The notes beneath the pieces were generated by a model. That model did no database searches. It was not told the origin of the DNA and worked only from the letters and a program-made list of their open reading frames with translations. A stretch of DNA of 64,000 bases from Patescibacteria group bacterium (GTDB lineage: Bacteria; Patescibacteriota; JABMPQ01; JAQVVF01): assembly GCA_041662665.1 (NCBI GenBank), contig JBAZSC010000001.1:449511-513510 (forward strand), given 5' to 3'. The position numbers were made by a program, and so were the translations under genes. This document shows positions 1 to 9,195 of the stretch, in pieces (the stretch's first letter is position 1; each line of letters starts with the position of its first letter).

Positions 1-115
1 CAGTGAAGATGAAAAATTTAAGACTAAAGAAGATTTAGATAAATTAGTTGATGAATACAATAAGAAAATTGAAGATATCAGAAAGAAAAAAGAAGAAGAA
101 ATCCTGACTGTCTAG
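1..115 (+). CDS. frr: Ribosome recycling factor, C-terminal fragment. The gene starts upstream of the window.
   Basis: Frame 2 reads ...SEDEKFKTKEDLDKLVDEYNKKIEDIRKKKEEEILTV*, matching the conserved RRF C-terminal helix pattern (..DxLQKLTDxYIKKIDExxxxKEKEIMxV). Stop TAG at 113-115. Confidence 0.55.
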   Translation, partial: SEDEKFKTKEDLDKLVDEYNKKIEDIRKKKEEEILTV

Positions 116-276
116 AAAATTATAAATTCTAAATACTAAACTCTAAACAAATTCAAAAGCCAAATTTTCAAAATTAAAAAGAATCGGTTTTGAGCATTTA
201 AAATTTTGAATTTTGGGCTTGTTTAGGATTTAGAATTTAGGATTTAGAATTTTATTTAATTTTTTTAAAAAAATAT

Positions 277-1476
277 ATGATAACTTTAATAACCTTTATA
301 ATAATTTTAGGTCTGTTGATCTTTGTTCACGAGCTCGGTCATTTTGTTGCTGCAAAAAAAGCAGGAATTAAAGTTGATGAATTCGGTTTCGGCTATCCAC
401 CAAGAATTATTGGCACTTACAAAGATCCTAAAACAAAAAAGTTTGTTTTGGTCTTACCCAAAAGAGGCAAAGGAAAAAAGCAATTAGCAGCTGTTGCAGG
501 TCAAGAATCAGAAGAAAATTTTCCAGCAACAGTATATTCATTAAACTGGTTGCCATTGGGCGGTTTTTGTAAAATGAAAGGCGAGAATGGCGATGGCAAA
601 TCAGATCCAGATAGTTTTTCAGCAAAAAAAGCTTGGCAAAGAATTATTGTTTTAATCGCTGGCGTTGCTATGAATTTTGTCTTAGCGGCATTAGTATTAA
701 TGATTGGCTTCAAAGTTGGCTTGCCAACAGCAATAGATTCTCAAAACAAAAGTTATGCCAAAGATCAAAAAGTACAGATCATGTCAATCTCCACAGATTC
801 ACCAGCTGAAAAAGTTGGCTTAAAAATTGGCGATCAAGTTGTATCAATAAATAATAAAAAATTAGAGAACGTTACTCAAGTTCAAAAAGCAATTGATAAA
901 AATAAAGGCAAGGAAATTGATTTAAAAATTAAAAGATATAATGAAAATTTAGATATAAAAATAGAGCCTAGAAAAAATCCGCCAGAAAATCAAGGCGCTT
1001 TGGGTGTCGGTTTAGTTGAGACTGGTATCGTTTCCTATCCATGGCTTACATCAATTTGGAAAGGCATAACAGCAACATTTAGTTTAACTATTGCTTTGAT
1101 AGTTGGTTTTTACGATATTATTAAAAATCTTTTTGTTGGCAATAAAATTGGCGCTGATGTTGCCGGTCCAATTGGAATTGCTGTTATGACTGGCCAAGTT
1201 ACAAAAATGGGATTTAGTTATGTTTTGCAATTTGTTGCATTATTATCAATTAATTTAGCGATTATCAATGCCTTGCCAATTCCTGCAATTGATGGCGGAA
1301 GAATATTATTTATTATCATAGAAAAAATCCGCCGCAAACCAATTTCTATGAAAGTGGAAAATATAATTCATACTACAGGCTTTGCTTTATTGATTTTATT
1401 AATGGTTGTTGTTACTTTCAGAGATGTATTTAAATTCAAAGATATCTTTATAAATTTATGGAATAAAATTTTTTAA
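277..1476 (+). CDS. rseP: Site-2 protease, RseP/RIP zinc metalloprotease with a PDZ domain
   Basis: N-terminal TM helix with HELGHF (HExxH) motif. Central PDZ-like segment. C-terminal LDGG motif (AIDGGRILF) typical of S2P. Confidence 0.85.
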   Translation: MITLITFIIILGLLIFVHELGHFVAAKKAGIKVDEFGFGYPPRIIGTYKDPKTKKFVLVLPKRGKGKKQLAAVAGQESEENFPATVYSLNWLPLGGFCKMKGENGDGKSDPDSFSAKKAWQRIIVLIAGVAMNFVLAALVLMIGFKVGLPTAIDSQNKSYAKDQKVQIMSISTDSPAEKVGLKIGDQVVSINNKKLENVTQVQKAIDKNKGKEIDLKIKRYNENLDIKIEPRKNPPENQGALGVGLVETGIVSYPWLTSIWKGITATFSLTIALIVGFYDIIKNLFVGNKIGADVAGPIGIAVMTGQVTKMGFSYVLQFVALLSINLAIINALPIPAIDGGRILFIIIEKIRRKPISMKVENIIHTTGFALLILLMVVVTFRDVFKFKDIFINLWNKIF

Positions 1477-1485
1477 TTTTTAATT

Positions 1486-2736
1486 ATGTTACAATCACAA
1501 CTTTTTACCAAAACTAAACAAACTGCGCCAAAAGATGAAATTTCATTGAACGCAAAACTTCTAATTCAAGCAGGTTTTATAAATAAAGAAATGGCTGGAG
1601 TTTATGATCTTTTGCCTTTAGGTTTAAAGGTTGTAAACAAAATTAGAAAAATTGTTAATGAAGAAATGGAAAAAATAGATTCTGAAGAAATAAGCATGTC
1701 TAGTTTACAGAATAAAGAAATTTGGAAAAAAACTGGAAGATGGGATGATAAAGCTGTTGATGTTTGGTTTAAATCAAAATTTAAAAATGATACAGAAGTT
1801 GGTTTTGGTTGGTCTCATGAAGAGCCAATTATTGAAATGATGAAATCTTTTGTCGCTAGCTATAAAGATTTGCCAAGATATGTTCATCAATTTCAAAATA
1901 AAATGAGAAATGAAGTTAGAGCAAAAAGCGGTATTATTAGATGCCGAGAATTTTTAATGAAAGATATGTATGCCTTTGCAGCATCCGAAGAAGATAATAT
2001 GGCTTTCTATAAAAAAACTACTGATGCTTATTTAAAAGTGTTTGATAGAGTTGGACTTGGCGATATCACATATGTTACATCAGCTTCTGGCGGAGTTTTT
2101 ACTGATAAATTCAGTCATGAATTTCAAACTATTTGCGATTCTGGTGAAGATATTATTTATGTAAATAAAGATAAAAAAATTGCTGTTAATGAAGAAATAT
2201 TTAATGAAGAAACTGTTAAGAAAATGGGAATGGAAATGAAAGATTTTGAACAAAAAAAAGCAGCTGAAGTTGGCAATATCTTCAATTTTGGCACAGGCAA
2301 GTGCGAGCAAATGGGTTTATATTTTATAGATAAAGATGGTACAAAAAAACCAGTTCATTTAAGTTCTTATGGTATAGGTATTACGAGATTAATGGGCGTA
2401 TTGGTAGAAGTTTTTGCAGACAATAGAGGAATCATTTGGCCAAAACAAGTCGCACCATTTCAAATTCATTTATTATGTTTACAGCAAGATAATCAAGAAG
2501 TTTCAAATAAAGCAAAAGAAATTTATGATTCTTTACTGAAAAACAATTATGACGTATTATATGATGATAGGAAAGAATCAGCAGGATACAAATTAAAAGA
2601 TTCAGATTTGCTTGGCATGCCATTGCGAATTGTCATTAGTCAAAAAACATTAGAAAAGAATTCAGTAGAGATAAAAGAACGTCAAGAGCAAAATTCCAAG
2701 TTAATTGAAATAGACGAGATTTTCAGTAACATTTAA
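1486..2736 (+). CDS. proS: Prolyl-tRNA synthetase, short bacterial-type form without the INS editing domain
   Basis: Class II aaRS motifs aligned to ProRS: HEEPIIEM, REFLMKDMYAF, SHEFQ..GED, YGIGITRL, IWP..APFQ. Only 416 aa, so the editing insertion is absent. Confidence 0.8.
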   Translation: MLQSQLFTKTKQTAPKDEISLNAKLLIQAGFINKEMAGVYDLLPLGLKVVNKIRKIVNEEMEKIDSEEISMSSLQNKEIWKKTGRWDDKAVDVWFKSKFKNDTEVGFGWSHEEPIIEMMKSFVASYKDLPRYVHQFQNKMRNEVRAKSGIIRCREFLMKDMYAFAASEEDNMAFYKKTTDAYLKVFDRVGLGDITYVTSASGGVFTDKFSHEFQTICDSGEDIIYVNKDKKIAVNEEIFNEETVKKMGMEMKDFEQKKAAEVGNIFNFGTGKCEQMGLYFIDKDGTKKPVHLSSYGIGITRLMGVLVEVFADNRGIIWPKQVAPFQIHLLCLQQDNQEVSNKAKEIYDSLLKNNYDVLYDDRKESAGYKLKDSDLLGMPLRIVISQKTLEKNSVEIKERQEQNSKLIEIDEIFSNI

Positions 2737-2813
2737 TTTAATTAAAAGAAAACAGAAAACAGAAAACAGTCAACGAGAACTGTTTCCTATTTTCTATTTT
2801 CTATAATATTTTT

Positions 2814-3878
2814 ATGTCCATAGTTAATAATATTTTAGGACGCTTTTCCAAAGATATCGGAATTGATTTAGGAACAGCAAATACTTTGGTTTACGTTAAA
2901 GACAAAGGCATTGTTATCAACGAGCCTTCTGTTGTTGCAATCAACAAAAGAACAAATCAAGTATTAGCAATCGGTAATGAAGCCAAAAAAATGGTTGGAA
3001 AAACTCCAGCTCATATTGTTGCAACTAGACCTCTCGTTGATGGCGTTGTCTCTGATTTTGAAGTCACAGAACAAATGCTTCGTTATTTTATTGAAAAAGT
3101 CCATCAAGAAGGTTTCACAATCTTTCCGCGTCCTCGTGTTGTCATTGGCATTCCATCTGGAGTTACTGAAGTTGAAAGAAGGGCAGTAGAAGATGCCTCA
3201 ATTAGCGCTGGAGCTAGGCAAGCATTTTTGATCGAAGAACCTATGGCTGCAGCAATTGGCGCGCGCCTTCCAGTTCAAGATGCATCTGGAAATATGATTG
3301 TTGATATTGGCGGAGGTACTACCGAAGTTGCTGTAATTTCTTTAGGCGGATTAGTAACTGCAAAATCATTGAGAATTGCCGGCGATGAATTAAATCAAAA
3401 TATTATTGAATACGCTCGCTCTGAATTTAATTTGCTTCTAGGTGAAAAAACAGCAGAAGATATTAAGATCGCCATTGGTTCAGCTTCAAAATTAGACGAA
3501 CCGCTTGAAACAACAATGCGCGGCCGCGATTTAGTTACTGGCTTGCCAAAAGAAGTTGTTATTAATGATGAACAAGTTCGTGAAGCTTTAATGCGTTCAG
3601 TGAGAACAATTGTTAATAATATAAAAACTACAGTTGAAGAAACACCTCCAGAATTAGTCGCTGACATTATGAAAAGAGGAATAGTTTTGGCTGGCGGTGG
3701 ATCTCTACTTCGTGGCTTAGACAAAGTTTTAGCCGAGCAAACTCAAATGCCTGTTCATATTGCTGATGATCCATTGACATGTGTTGTTCGTGGTTGTGGT
3801 ATCGTTCTAGAGGATATTGATTCCTTAAAAGACGTTTTGATACCAACACAATACGAAAAACCACCAAGAATATTTTAA
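2814..3878 (+). CDS. mreB: Rod shape-determining protein MreB (actin homolog)
   Basis: DIGIDLGTANTLVYV phosphate-1 motif. DIGGGTTEVAVIS. Length 354 aa. Followed by mreC. Confidence 0.95.
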   Translation: MSIVNNILGRFSKDIGIDLGTANTLVYVKDKGIVINEPSVVAINKRTNQVLAIGNEAKKMVGKTPAHIVATRPLVDGVVSDFEVTEQMLRYFIEKVHQEGFTIFPRPRVVIGIPSGVTEVERRAVEDASISAGARQAFLIEEPMAAAIGARLPVQDASGNMIVDIGGGTTEVAVISLGGLVTAKSLRIAGDELNQNIIEYARSEFNLLLGEKTAEDIKIAIGSASKLDEPLETTMRGRDLVTGLPKEVVINDEQVREALMRSVRTIVNNIKTTVEETPPELVADIMKRGIVLAGGGSLLRGLDKVLAEQTQMPVHIADDPLTCVVRGCGIVLEDIDSLKDVLIPTQYEKPPRIF

Positions 3879-3889
3879 AGGCTTAATAG

Positions 3890-4693
3890 ATGATTAATAA
3901 ACAAGAATCGTCAACAACTTTATTTATAGTTAGCGGAGCGATAATTGTATTATTGATTATTCTTCATGTCTTTAAGATTTTGAGTCCAATTGAAAATATA
4001 GTTATTAGAATTTTTTCGCCAATTCAAAGGTATGTTTATCTTTCTGGCAATCGATTTTCTGGCAGTATAAAATTTTTTACTTCAATTAAAGATTTGAGCA
4101 AAGAAAATAAAGTTTTAATTGAAAAAGTAAATAAATTGACTTTTGAAAATTCAGAATTAGTTAGATTACAAAGTGAAAACAAAGATTTGCGTGCCCAATT
4201 AGGATTATTGAAAAAAGAAGAATTTAAATTAGTTGCAGCAAATGTTATTGGACAAGATCCAAATAATTTAATTCAATTTATTAACATTGATAAAGGAAGC
4301 AGTGATGGCATAAAAGAAAATCAGCCAGTTATCATTGCAAACAATTTTTTAATTGGCAAAGTATCTGAAGTTCAGAGCCATTCTGCAAAAGTCGTTTTAA
4401 TTACAGATGCCAGAAGTAAAATAAATGCGCAGATTCAAGGTGCTGACGCTAATGGTATTGTCAATGGTGAACATAATTTAGGTTTGGCAATGGAAATGAT
4501 TCCGCAAGACAAGATTATCCAGCGTGGAGATAAAGTCGTTACTTCTGGAGTCGGCGGTGACATGCCTGTCGGTTTATATATTGGCGAAGTCGAGGAGGTC
4601 AAGACAACAGACAATGAATTATTTCAGTCAGCCAGAATTAAAACTCAAGCTGATTTTAAAACCCTCAAAGTCATTTTTGTTATTCTAGAATAA
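3890..4693 (+). CDS. mreC: Rod shape-determining protein MreC
   Basis: N-terminal TM helix, coiled coil (ENSELVRLQSENKDLRAQL), then a beta-rich domain. Sits between mreB and mreD. Confidence 0.8.
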   Translation: MINKQESSTTLFIVSGAIIVLLIILHVFKILSPIENIVIRIFSPIQRYVYLSGNRFSGSIKFFTSIKDLSKENKVLIEKVNKLTFENSELVRLQSENKDLRAQLGLLKKEEFKLVAANVIGQDPNNLIQFINIDKGSSDGIKENQPVIIANNFLIGKVSEVQSHSAKVVLITDARSKINAQIQGADANGIVNGEHNLGLAMEMIPQDKIIQRGDKVVTSGVGGDMPVGLYIGEVEEVKTTDNELFQSARIKTQADFKTLKVIFVILE

Positions 4694-4817
4694 AATTAAT
4701 AAATTTCTCGTAACTCTTTATACACGATTCCGCGTGTAATCAGTTATATCCGTTTTTTCGATAAATATCAAGAAGCAAGTTGATTTGTAAGTCAAAAAAA
4801 ATTTTGTAATCAAGTTT

Positions 4818-5351
4818 ATGCGTATCGCAATTTCCATAATTAGTTTAATAATCCTATCTTTTTTGCAAATTTCTTTTCTGCCAAATTTTGTCATTTTAGG
4901 TTCAGTACCAAATTTAATTTTAATAGTTGCAATAAGCTGGTGTATTGTCGGAAATTTTAAGGAAGCAATTTTTTGGGGAATTGCAGGTGGAATTATTCTT
5001 GATCTTTTTTCTCCGTTTTATTTTGGAATTATTTCTTTGAGCAATATAGCAATAATTGCAGCTATTTATTTTATTGTTAAAAACATTATTAATAGCGATG
5101 ATCGAGTCTCTGTTGCTGCAATTTGTGCGATTGCCACATTATTATACAATTTCTTTTTGATATTTTTTATATTAATTGCAAATTTAGTTAAATTAGATAA
5201 TTTAATTCAGCCATTAAGTTTTCAATTTTTGCTTTCAATTTTTGTCCAGATAATTTTTAATACGATTTTAATTTCTCTGGTTTACAATTATATTAAATCT
5301 ATCCAAGAAATTGAAAGCTATTACGAACAAAGACGACAAATAAAAGCATAA
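4818..5351 (+). CDS. mreD: Rod shape-determining protein MreD (polytopic membrane protein)
   Basis: 177-aa, highly hydrophobic, multi-TM protein directly downstream of mreC and upstream of PBP2. Confidence 0.6.
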   Translation: MRIAISIISLIILSFLQISFLPNFVILGSVPNLILIVAISWCIVGNFKEAIFWGIAGGIILDLFSPFYFGIISLSNIAIIAAIYFIVKNIINSDDRVSVAAICAIATLLYNFFLIFFILIANLVKLDNLIQPLSFQFLLSIFVQIIFNTILISLVYNYIKSIQEIESYYEQRRQIKA

Positions 5352-5407
5352 ATTAACAATTAACAATTCTAAAGTTAAATGTTAACTGTTAAAAGTTAAT
5401 TGTTCAC

Positions 5408-7399
5408 ATGCGCGACCCATTTCAAATTAAAAATTCATTAAATTTTGATAGTCGGGCAACAAACTCCGATTATGGATCAGATTGGGATGTTGATCCTTTT
5501 TTTTCTTCAAAAAGCTCGCGTCCTGATATCAAAAAACCTTTTTATAAGCATCAAAAAATTAGATGGCTTTATTTTGTTGTACTTGGAGTTTTTATTGTCC
5601 TAATTAGTCGAACATTTTTTTTGCAAATTGTTCAAGGAAATTCCTTAAAAGCAGCAGCAGAGGAAAATAGATACAGAATAAATATTACTCGAGCGCCAAG
5701 AGGAGTAATTTATGATTCTAAAAAACAAATGCTCGTGAAAAATGTGCCAAGTTTTGATGCAACAATAATTCCAGCAGATTTGCCCTTAGAAAAAAATACG
5801 GATACAGGCGAAAGAGAATGTAAAGAAAAATGTCAAAAAGTTTATTCTTTATTAAAAGACATTTTAAAAATATCAAATGATGATTTCAATGAAGCATTAA
5901 AAAAAATTGATTATACTTCTTATGAAGTATTATTAGTTAAAGAAAATGTTTCTCGCGATGAAACTTTAATAATAAATTCCAGAGATGCAGAATTGCCAGG
6001 AGTCATCATTGAAAAAAATCCAATTCGCGATTATCAATTTTCAAGCACTTTTGCTCATCTCATGGGTTACATTGGAAAAATAACTTCCGAAGAATTGGAT
6101 CAAAAGCAGAATGCTCCAAAAAAATATTTATTGAACGATTATATCGGAAAACAAGGATTAGAATTATCATACGAAGAAACATTAAAAGGTATTAATGGAC
6201 AGCAACAAGTTGAAGTTGATTCTACCGGCCGAGTTAAAAAAATTGTTAAACAAGAAGAGCCTCAAGCTGGCAATGATCTTGTTTTAAGTATTGATAAAGA
6301 TTTTCAAATCCAATTAGAAAAATCTTTAAAATCAGGAGCAGAAGTTACTGGCTCAAAAAAAGCAGCTGCAGTTGCTATGAATCCTCAAAATGGAGAAATA
6401 TTGGGTTATGTGTCTTTGCCGACATTTGATAATAATTTATTTGCTAAAGGAATTTCTGAAAAAGATTATCGCCAAATTGCTAACGATGAAAATAAACCTT
6501 TGCTTGATAGAATAATTGATGGCGTTTATCCGCCAGCTTCAACGATTAAACCAGTTGTTGCATCAGCAGCTTTAACAGAAGGCTTAATTAATGAAAATAC
6601 AACAGTTGAAGACAAAGGTTCAATTACAGTTAGAAATAAATATAATTCTGATATTATCTATAATTTCGTCGGTTGGAATCCGCAAGGTTTAGGTCCAGTT
6701 AATATTTATAGTGCAATTGCGGAATCTTCAGATATCTATTTTTATTATGTTGGTGGCGGTTTTGAGGAATTTCAGGGACTTGGAGAAAAAAAACTCGAAG
6801 AATATTACAAAAAATTTGGCCTAGGCGCTCAAACTGGCATTGACTTGCCAAATGAAGCAGAAGGTTTAATTCCAACACCATCTTGGAAAGAAAAAGCAAA
6901 AAATGAAGTTTGGTATTTAGGCGACACTTATCATATGGCAATCGGACAAGGTGATGTGCTTGCAACTCCATTGCAAGTTGCAAATTGGACTGCAATTGTT
7001 GCTAATGGCGGTACATTTTACAAACCTCATCTTGTTAAAAAGATAATTGATAATAAGCAGAATATGATTAGCGAGGTAGAATCAAGAATTGTTAGAGAAA
7101 ATTTCATTCCAAAGGGCCATATTGAAACTGTAAGGCGTGCCATGAAACAAACAGTCGAAGATGGTTCAGCAAAGATGTTGCAAGGATTAAAAGTTTCATC
7201 TGCAGGTAAAACAGGAACTGCAGAACATAGTGGAAGTGATAAAAACCACGCATGGTTTACTGTTTTCGCTCCTTATGAAAATCCAGAAATAGTTTTGACA
7301 GTTTTGGTTGAGGAAGGTATAGGCGGTGAATCTGCAGCAGTACCTATTGCCAAAGAAGTACTTCAGTGGTATTTTAATAACAAGACTAATAGTAACTAG
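5408..7399 (+). CDS. mrdA: Penicillin-binding protein 2 (elongation-specific transpeptidase)
   Basis: N-terminal TM helix. Dimerisation domain. Transpeptidase motifs STIKP (SxxK), SSD and KTGTA. Gene order mreBCD-mrdA. Confidence 0.85.
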   Translation: MRDPFQIKNSLNFDSRATNSDYGSDWDVDPFFSSKSSRPDIKKPFYKHQKIRWLYFVVLGVFIVLISRTFFLQIVQGNSLKAAAEENRYRINITRAPRGVIYDSKKQMLVKNVPSFDATIIPADLPLEKNTDTGERECKEKCQKVYSLLKDILKISNDDFNEALKKIDYTSYEVLLVKENVSRDETLIINSRDAELPGVIIEKNPIRDYQFSSTFAHLMGYIGKITSEELDQKQNAPKKYLLNDYIGKQGLELSYEETLKGINGQQQVEVDSTGRVKKIVKQEEPQAGNDLVLSIDKDFQIQLEKSLKSGAEVTGSKKAAAVAMNPQNGEILGYVSLPTFDNNLFAKGISEKDYRQIANDENKPLLDRIIDGVYPPASTIKPVVASAALTEGLINENTTVEDKGSITVRNKYNSDIIYNFVGWNPQGLGPVNIYSAIAESSDIYFYYVGGGFEEFQGLGEKKLEEYYKKFGLGAQTGIDLPNEAEGLIPTPSWKEKAKNEVWYLGDTYHMAIGQGDVLATPLQVANWTAIVANGGTFYKPHLVKKIIDNKQNMISEVESRIVRENFIPKGHIETVRRAMKQTVEDGSAKMLQGLKVSSAGKTGTAEHSGSDKNHAWFTVFAPYENPEIVLTVLVEEGIGGESAAVPIAKEVLQWYFNNKTNSN

Positions 7400-7465
7400 A
7401 AATTAGTAACTAGTAATTCGGGTCGTTTTCGAGTTACTAATTACTAGTTACTTGTTACCGAATTT

Positions 7466-8296
7466 ATGCTAATCAACGGAACACAATCTGCTCGAAAAAT
7501 CCTTTCCAATATTCAAAGAAAGGTTACTATTTTGAAACAGCAAGGCCGACATTTAAAAATGGCTGTTGTTTTAGTTGGCGAAGATAAAGCTTCTTTGAGT
7601 TTTATTAGAAAAAAAGAAGAATCCTGCAAAAAAATCGGCATTAATTTTGAATTATTTAAATTTCAAGCCGATATTGATACTTTAAGTCTTGCTCAAAAAA
7701 TTAAAATTATTCAAGAAGATCCGAGATTATCAGCTTTAGTCATTCAGCTTCCATTGCCTCCAAAAATCAATACTCGCCAAGTTTTAGAGATGATCGATCC
7801 AAGACTTGATGTCGATTGTTTGACTTCACATAATTTAGGAAAATTAGCTGCTGGTATTTACAAAATTTTACCTCCGACTCCAGCTGCGATTCTACATCTC
7901 ATTAAAGAATATAATATTAATTTATTAAGAAAACATATTGTAATAGTTGGAAAAGGCGAGTTAGTAGGAAAGCCATTAGGAATTTTGCTTACTCAGGACC
8001 AAAATACTTTAACAATTTGCACAAAATTTACTAGAAACTTAGGAAATTATACAAGACAAGCTGATGTCATAATTACAGCTGTTGGAAAGCCGAATTTAAT
8101 CACTGGCGATATGGTCAAAGACAATGTTATAATTTTAGATGCTGGCACAAGCTATAAAGGCAAAAAACTTTACGGCGATGTCAATTTCAAACAAGTTTCA
8201 GAAAAAGCAAAAATGATTACTCCAGTACCTGGTGGAATTGGACCAGTCACTGTTGCAAAATTATTAGAGAATATTTTAATATTAGCTAATTTATAG
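7466..8296 (+). CDS. folD: Bifunctional methylene-THF dehydrogenase/methenyl-THF cyclohydrolase
   Basis: FolD architecture with Rossmann GKGELVGKP and C-terminal PVPGGIGPVTVAKLL. Confidence 0.85.
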   Translation: MLINGTQSARKILSNIQRKVTILKQQGRHLKMAVVLVGEDKASLSFIRKKEESCKKIGINFELFKFQADIDTLSLAQKIKIIQEDPRLSALVIQLPLPPKINTRQVLEMIDPRLDVDCLTSHNLGKLAAGIYKILPPTPAAILHLIKEYNINLLRKHIVIVGKGELVGKPLGILLTQDQNTLTICTKFTRNLGNYTRQADVIITAVGKPNLITGDMVKDNVIILDAGTSYKGKKLYGDVNFKQVSEKAKMITPVPGGIGPVTVAKLLENILILANL

Positions 8297-8536
8297 TATT
8301 AAAAAATCCTAAGCACTAATTTCTAAATACAAAACAAATCCAAATTTCCAAATTACCAAATTTTTAAAACGCGAATAAAGTTTTGGGTTTAATCTTTTGT
8401 ATTTTGAATTTGTTTAGAGTTTAGGATTTAGAATTTAGGATTTTTTCTCTGTGGATAATTAAGTTTGACAATAATTCAAGCTTAGAGTATATTAGTAGCA
8501 TTATCATCATACATAATCATACATAATCATACATAT

Positions 8537-8992
8537 ATGACACCATTTTACATTACAAAAGAAGGTCTAGAAGATTTGAAAAAACAATTAATAACATTAA
8601 AAAGCTCAAAAAGAAAAGAAGTTGCAGCTCGTCTTAAACGTGCTTTAGAACAAGGCGATTTATCTGAAAATGCAGAATATCAAGATGCCAAAGACGAACA
8701 AGCTTGGACAGAAGGAAAGATTGCAGAGCTTGATTCCAAAATTAAAAATGCTCAAATTATTTCTAAAGACAGAAATGGCAATATTTCTATTGGTTCACAA
8801 ATCAAGATAAAAAATGGCGGTCGCGCTTTAGAATACACAATTGTTGGTTCACAAGAAGCCAATCCAGCAGAAGGTAAGATTTCCAATGAATCACCAATCG
8901 GCATGGCATTTTTAGGCCACAAAAAAGGTGAGCGTGTTAAAGTTCAGACACCTGATGGATTTATCGAATATAAAATTTTGCAGGTTAGCTAG
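8537..8992 (+). CDS. greA: Transcription elongation factor GreA
   Basis: TKEGLEDLKKQL..L...R.EVAARLKRALEQGDLSENAEYQDAK coiled-coil N-domain plus FKBP-like C-domain. 151 aa. Confidence 0.9.
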   Translation: MTPFYITKEGLEDLKKQLITLKSSKRKEVAARLKRALEQGDLSENAEYQDAKDEQAWTEGKIAELDSKIKNAQIISKDRNGNISIGSQIKIKNGGRALEYTIVGSQEANPAEGKISNESPIGMAFLGHKKGERVKVQTPDGFIEYKILQVS

Positions 8993-9111
8993 GACGTATT
9001 TAAACACTAAAACAACGAAACACAGAAACAATCGCCATTAAAACTGGCGATTTTTTATAGCCAAAATCAACAAAACTTGATAAAATAAACATATTATAAC
9101 TTTAAATAATT

Positions 9112-9189
9112 TGTCATTCTGAGCGAAGCGAAGAATCCCATTATTACTATCTATTCACGGGATCCCTCACAGCGGTTCGGGATGACTTG
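9112..9189 (+). promoter_or_regulatory. Long imperfect inverted repeat in the lysS leader. Terminal arms gtcat/atgac, inner arms aatccc/gggatcc.
   Basis: Roughly 80 nt reading gtcattctgagcgaagcgaagaatccc...gggatccctcacagcggttcgggatgac, immediately 5' of the lysS ATG at 9196. Coordinates approximate. Confidence 0.35.
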
Positions 9190-9195
9190 TAAAAT

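Noticed and set aside
428-713. Antisense ORFs 428..625(-) and 501..713(-) inside rseP
   Set aside because: They lie entirely within a well-supported coding gene on the opposite strand and have low-complexity composition. They are shadow ORFs.
2080-3724. Short ORFs 2080..2310(-), 2432..2623(-), 2977..3189(+), 3395..3724(-) and 3667..3867(-) overlapping proS and mreB
   Set aside because: They overlap conserved genes in other frames or on the other strand and have no motifs. Spurious.
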